32,789 bases of DNA from contig DASUFM010000700.1 in NCBI GenBank assembly GCA_036274535.1, forward strand, positions 1-32,789. Reading direction: 5' to 3'. Of this stretch, positions 32,171 through 32,789 are shown piece by piece (positions within the stretch are counted from its first letter, which is position 1; every line of letters begins with the position of its first letter). This DNA is from Blastocatellia bacterium (GTDB taxonomy: Bacteria > Acidobacteriota > Blastocatellia > RBC074). The position numbers were made by a program, and so were the translations under genes. The notes beneath the pieces are model-generated. The model saw only the letters and a program-made list of their open reading frames with translations, searched no databases and was not told where the DNA came from.

Positions 32171-32686
32171 TTATGCGATCGATTGCCGCCGTTTCCTGCC
32201 GGGAGCGCCGCGCATGCGTTGCAAAGTCTTGCGCACTGCCCGCTCGGCGCCGGCAAGAGCGCCGCCAACCGCGCCATCCACGGAGACGTCTTGCCTCTCG
32301 TAAACGACGCTCGGGAAATTTCTAAGGACCACTTTTATCCTGCACACATGATCGACGCCGCCGCGGGGACCATTCACGTCTTTTAGACGCACGCTCATGC
32401 GTTCGATGGATCTCGCAAATTTTCTGAATTTACTGTCGAGCTTCCGCCGTATGGACGTCCGGGTATTCTGGTTGAGATGGACTCCAAAAGCTCGGATGTG
32501 AGTATGAACCGACGTCTCATTCGTCCGCGCGGGTTTTGGCCCGGACGCCTTCGGGAATCGGCCTGCGGAGACGTCTTGTCTACTGGCCCCTCCGCGCGAG
32601 GTCTTGGCCTTCTTGCGCTTCCCGGATGGTCTGATTCGGGCTCTGGTAATCATAATCTTGCGACTTCGCGCCAGCGGCCCGACCAC
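32171..32686 (-). CDS. HPF/RaiA-like ribosome-associated protein with a basic N-terminal extension
   Basis: The core IRAFGVHLNQNTRTSIRRKLDSKFRKFARSIERMSVRLKDVNGPRGGVDHVCRIKVVL...AVGGALAGAERAVRKTLQR resembles short HPF/RaiA-family proteins. The start is uncertain (GTG 32686 or ATG 32653). Confidence 0.55.
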   Translation of the reverse strand: MVGPLARSRKIMITRARIRPSGKRKKAKTSRGGASRQDVSAGRFPKASGPKPARTNETSVHTHIRAFGVHLNQNTRTSIRRKLDSKFRKFARSIERMSVRLKDVNGPRGGVDHVCRIKVVLRNFPSVVYERQDVSVDGAVGGALAGAERAVRKTLQRMRGAPGRKRRQSIA

Positions 32687-32789
32687 GGCGGATGGTATGA
32701 ATTAATCATCTACACGCCATTCACAGCCGGGGCCGAAGCGTTTCTCAAAACACCGTCAATTGGCTGAGCAATCGCGGCGCCAACCGGCT

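Overview
High-GC bacterial chromosomal window. Gene content and repeat flavour suggest an Acidobacteriota-like soil bacterium, but I cannot verify taxonomy. Most of it is housekeeping.

Plus-strand start of the window:
- the 3' part of thrB
- an orphan N4/N6-type methyltransferase with permuted motif order
- a translationally coupled hisZ-hisG-hisD-hisC-hisB-hisH block

Middle of the window:
- a secreted Ala/Pro/Lys low-complexity protein
- a DUF1800-DUF1501 pair
- a visibly lower-GC endonuclease III-like gene
- SDR and dienelactone hydrolase genes
- a glycine-zipper membrane protein
- a secreted protein with protein-kinase-like motifs
- yjbQ
- a CocE/NonD (S15) hydrolase
- an S41 (Ctp-like) homologue that seems to lack both catalytic residues
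- a PQQ-like beta-propeller protein

Small accessory stretch (about 21.9-25.3 kb):
- a RelE/ParE-type toxin inactivated by an in-frame TGA, with an intact antitoxin
- a small conserved protein plus a tandem-DUF2889 protein
- a degenerate copy of the sufU 5' end
- an orphan secreted protein

Minus-strand end of the window: an Rrf2(IscR-like)-sufB-ridA-sufC-sufD-sufS-sufU cluster, preceded by an HPF/RaiA-like gene.

I do not see a clear-cut new multi-gene system. There is no CRISPR array, integrase, transposase, reverse transcriptase or defence-type nuclease/ATPase.

The features the gene list does not explain are:
1. About a dozen long, often perfect palindromic elements of several sequence families fill nearly every intergenic gap. 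Four are stacked in one 620-bp convergent spacer, and one is a REPIN-like GTAG doublet inside the suf cluster. No RAYT-type gene is present in the window.
2. There are two candidate small RNAs or leaders. One is a 490-bp low-GC non-coding region with C-rich hairpin loops. The other is an orphan intrinsic terminator upstream of the S41 gene.
3. Several genes show decay or rearrangement: the toxin nonsense codon, the sufU fragment, and the nth start codon embedded in a repeat.

All functional calls come from motif recognition by eye and need HMM/BLAST confirmation.
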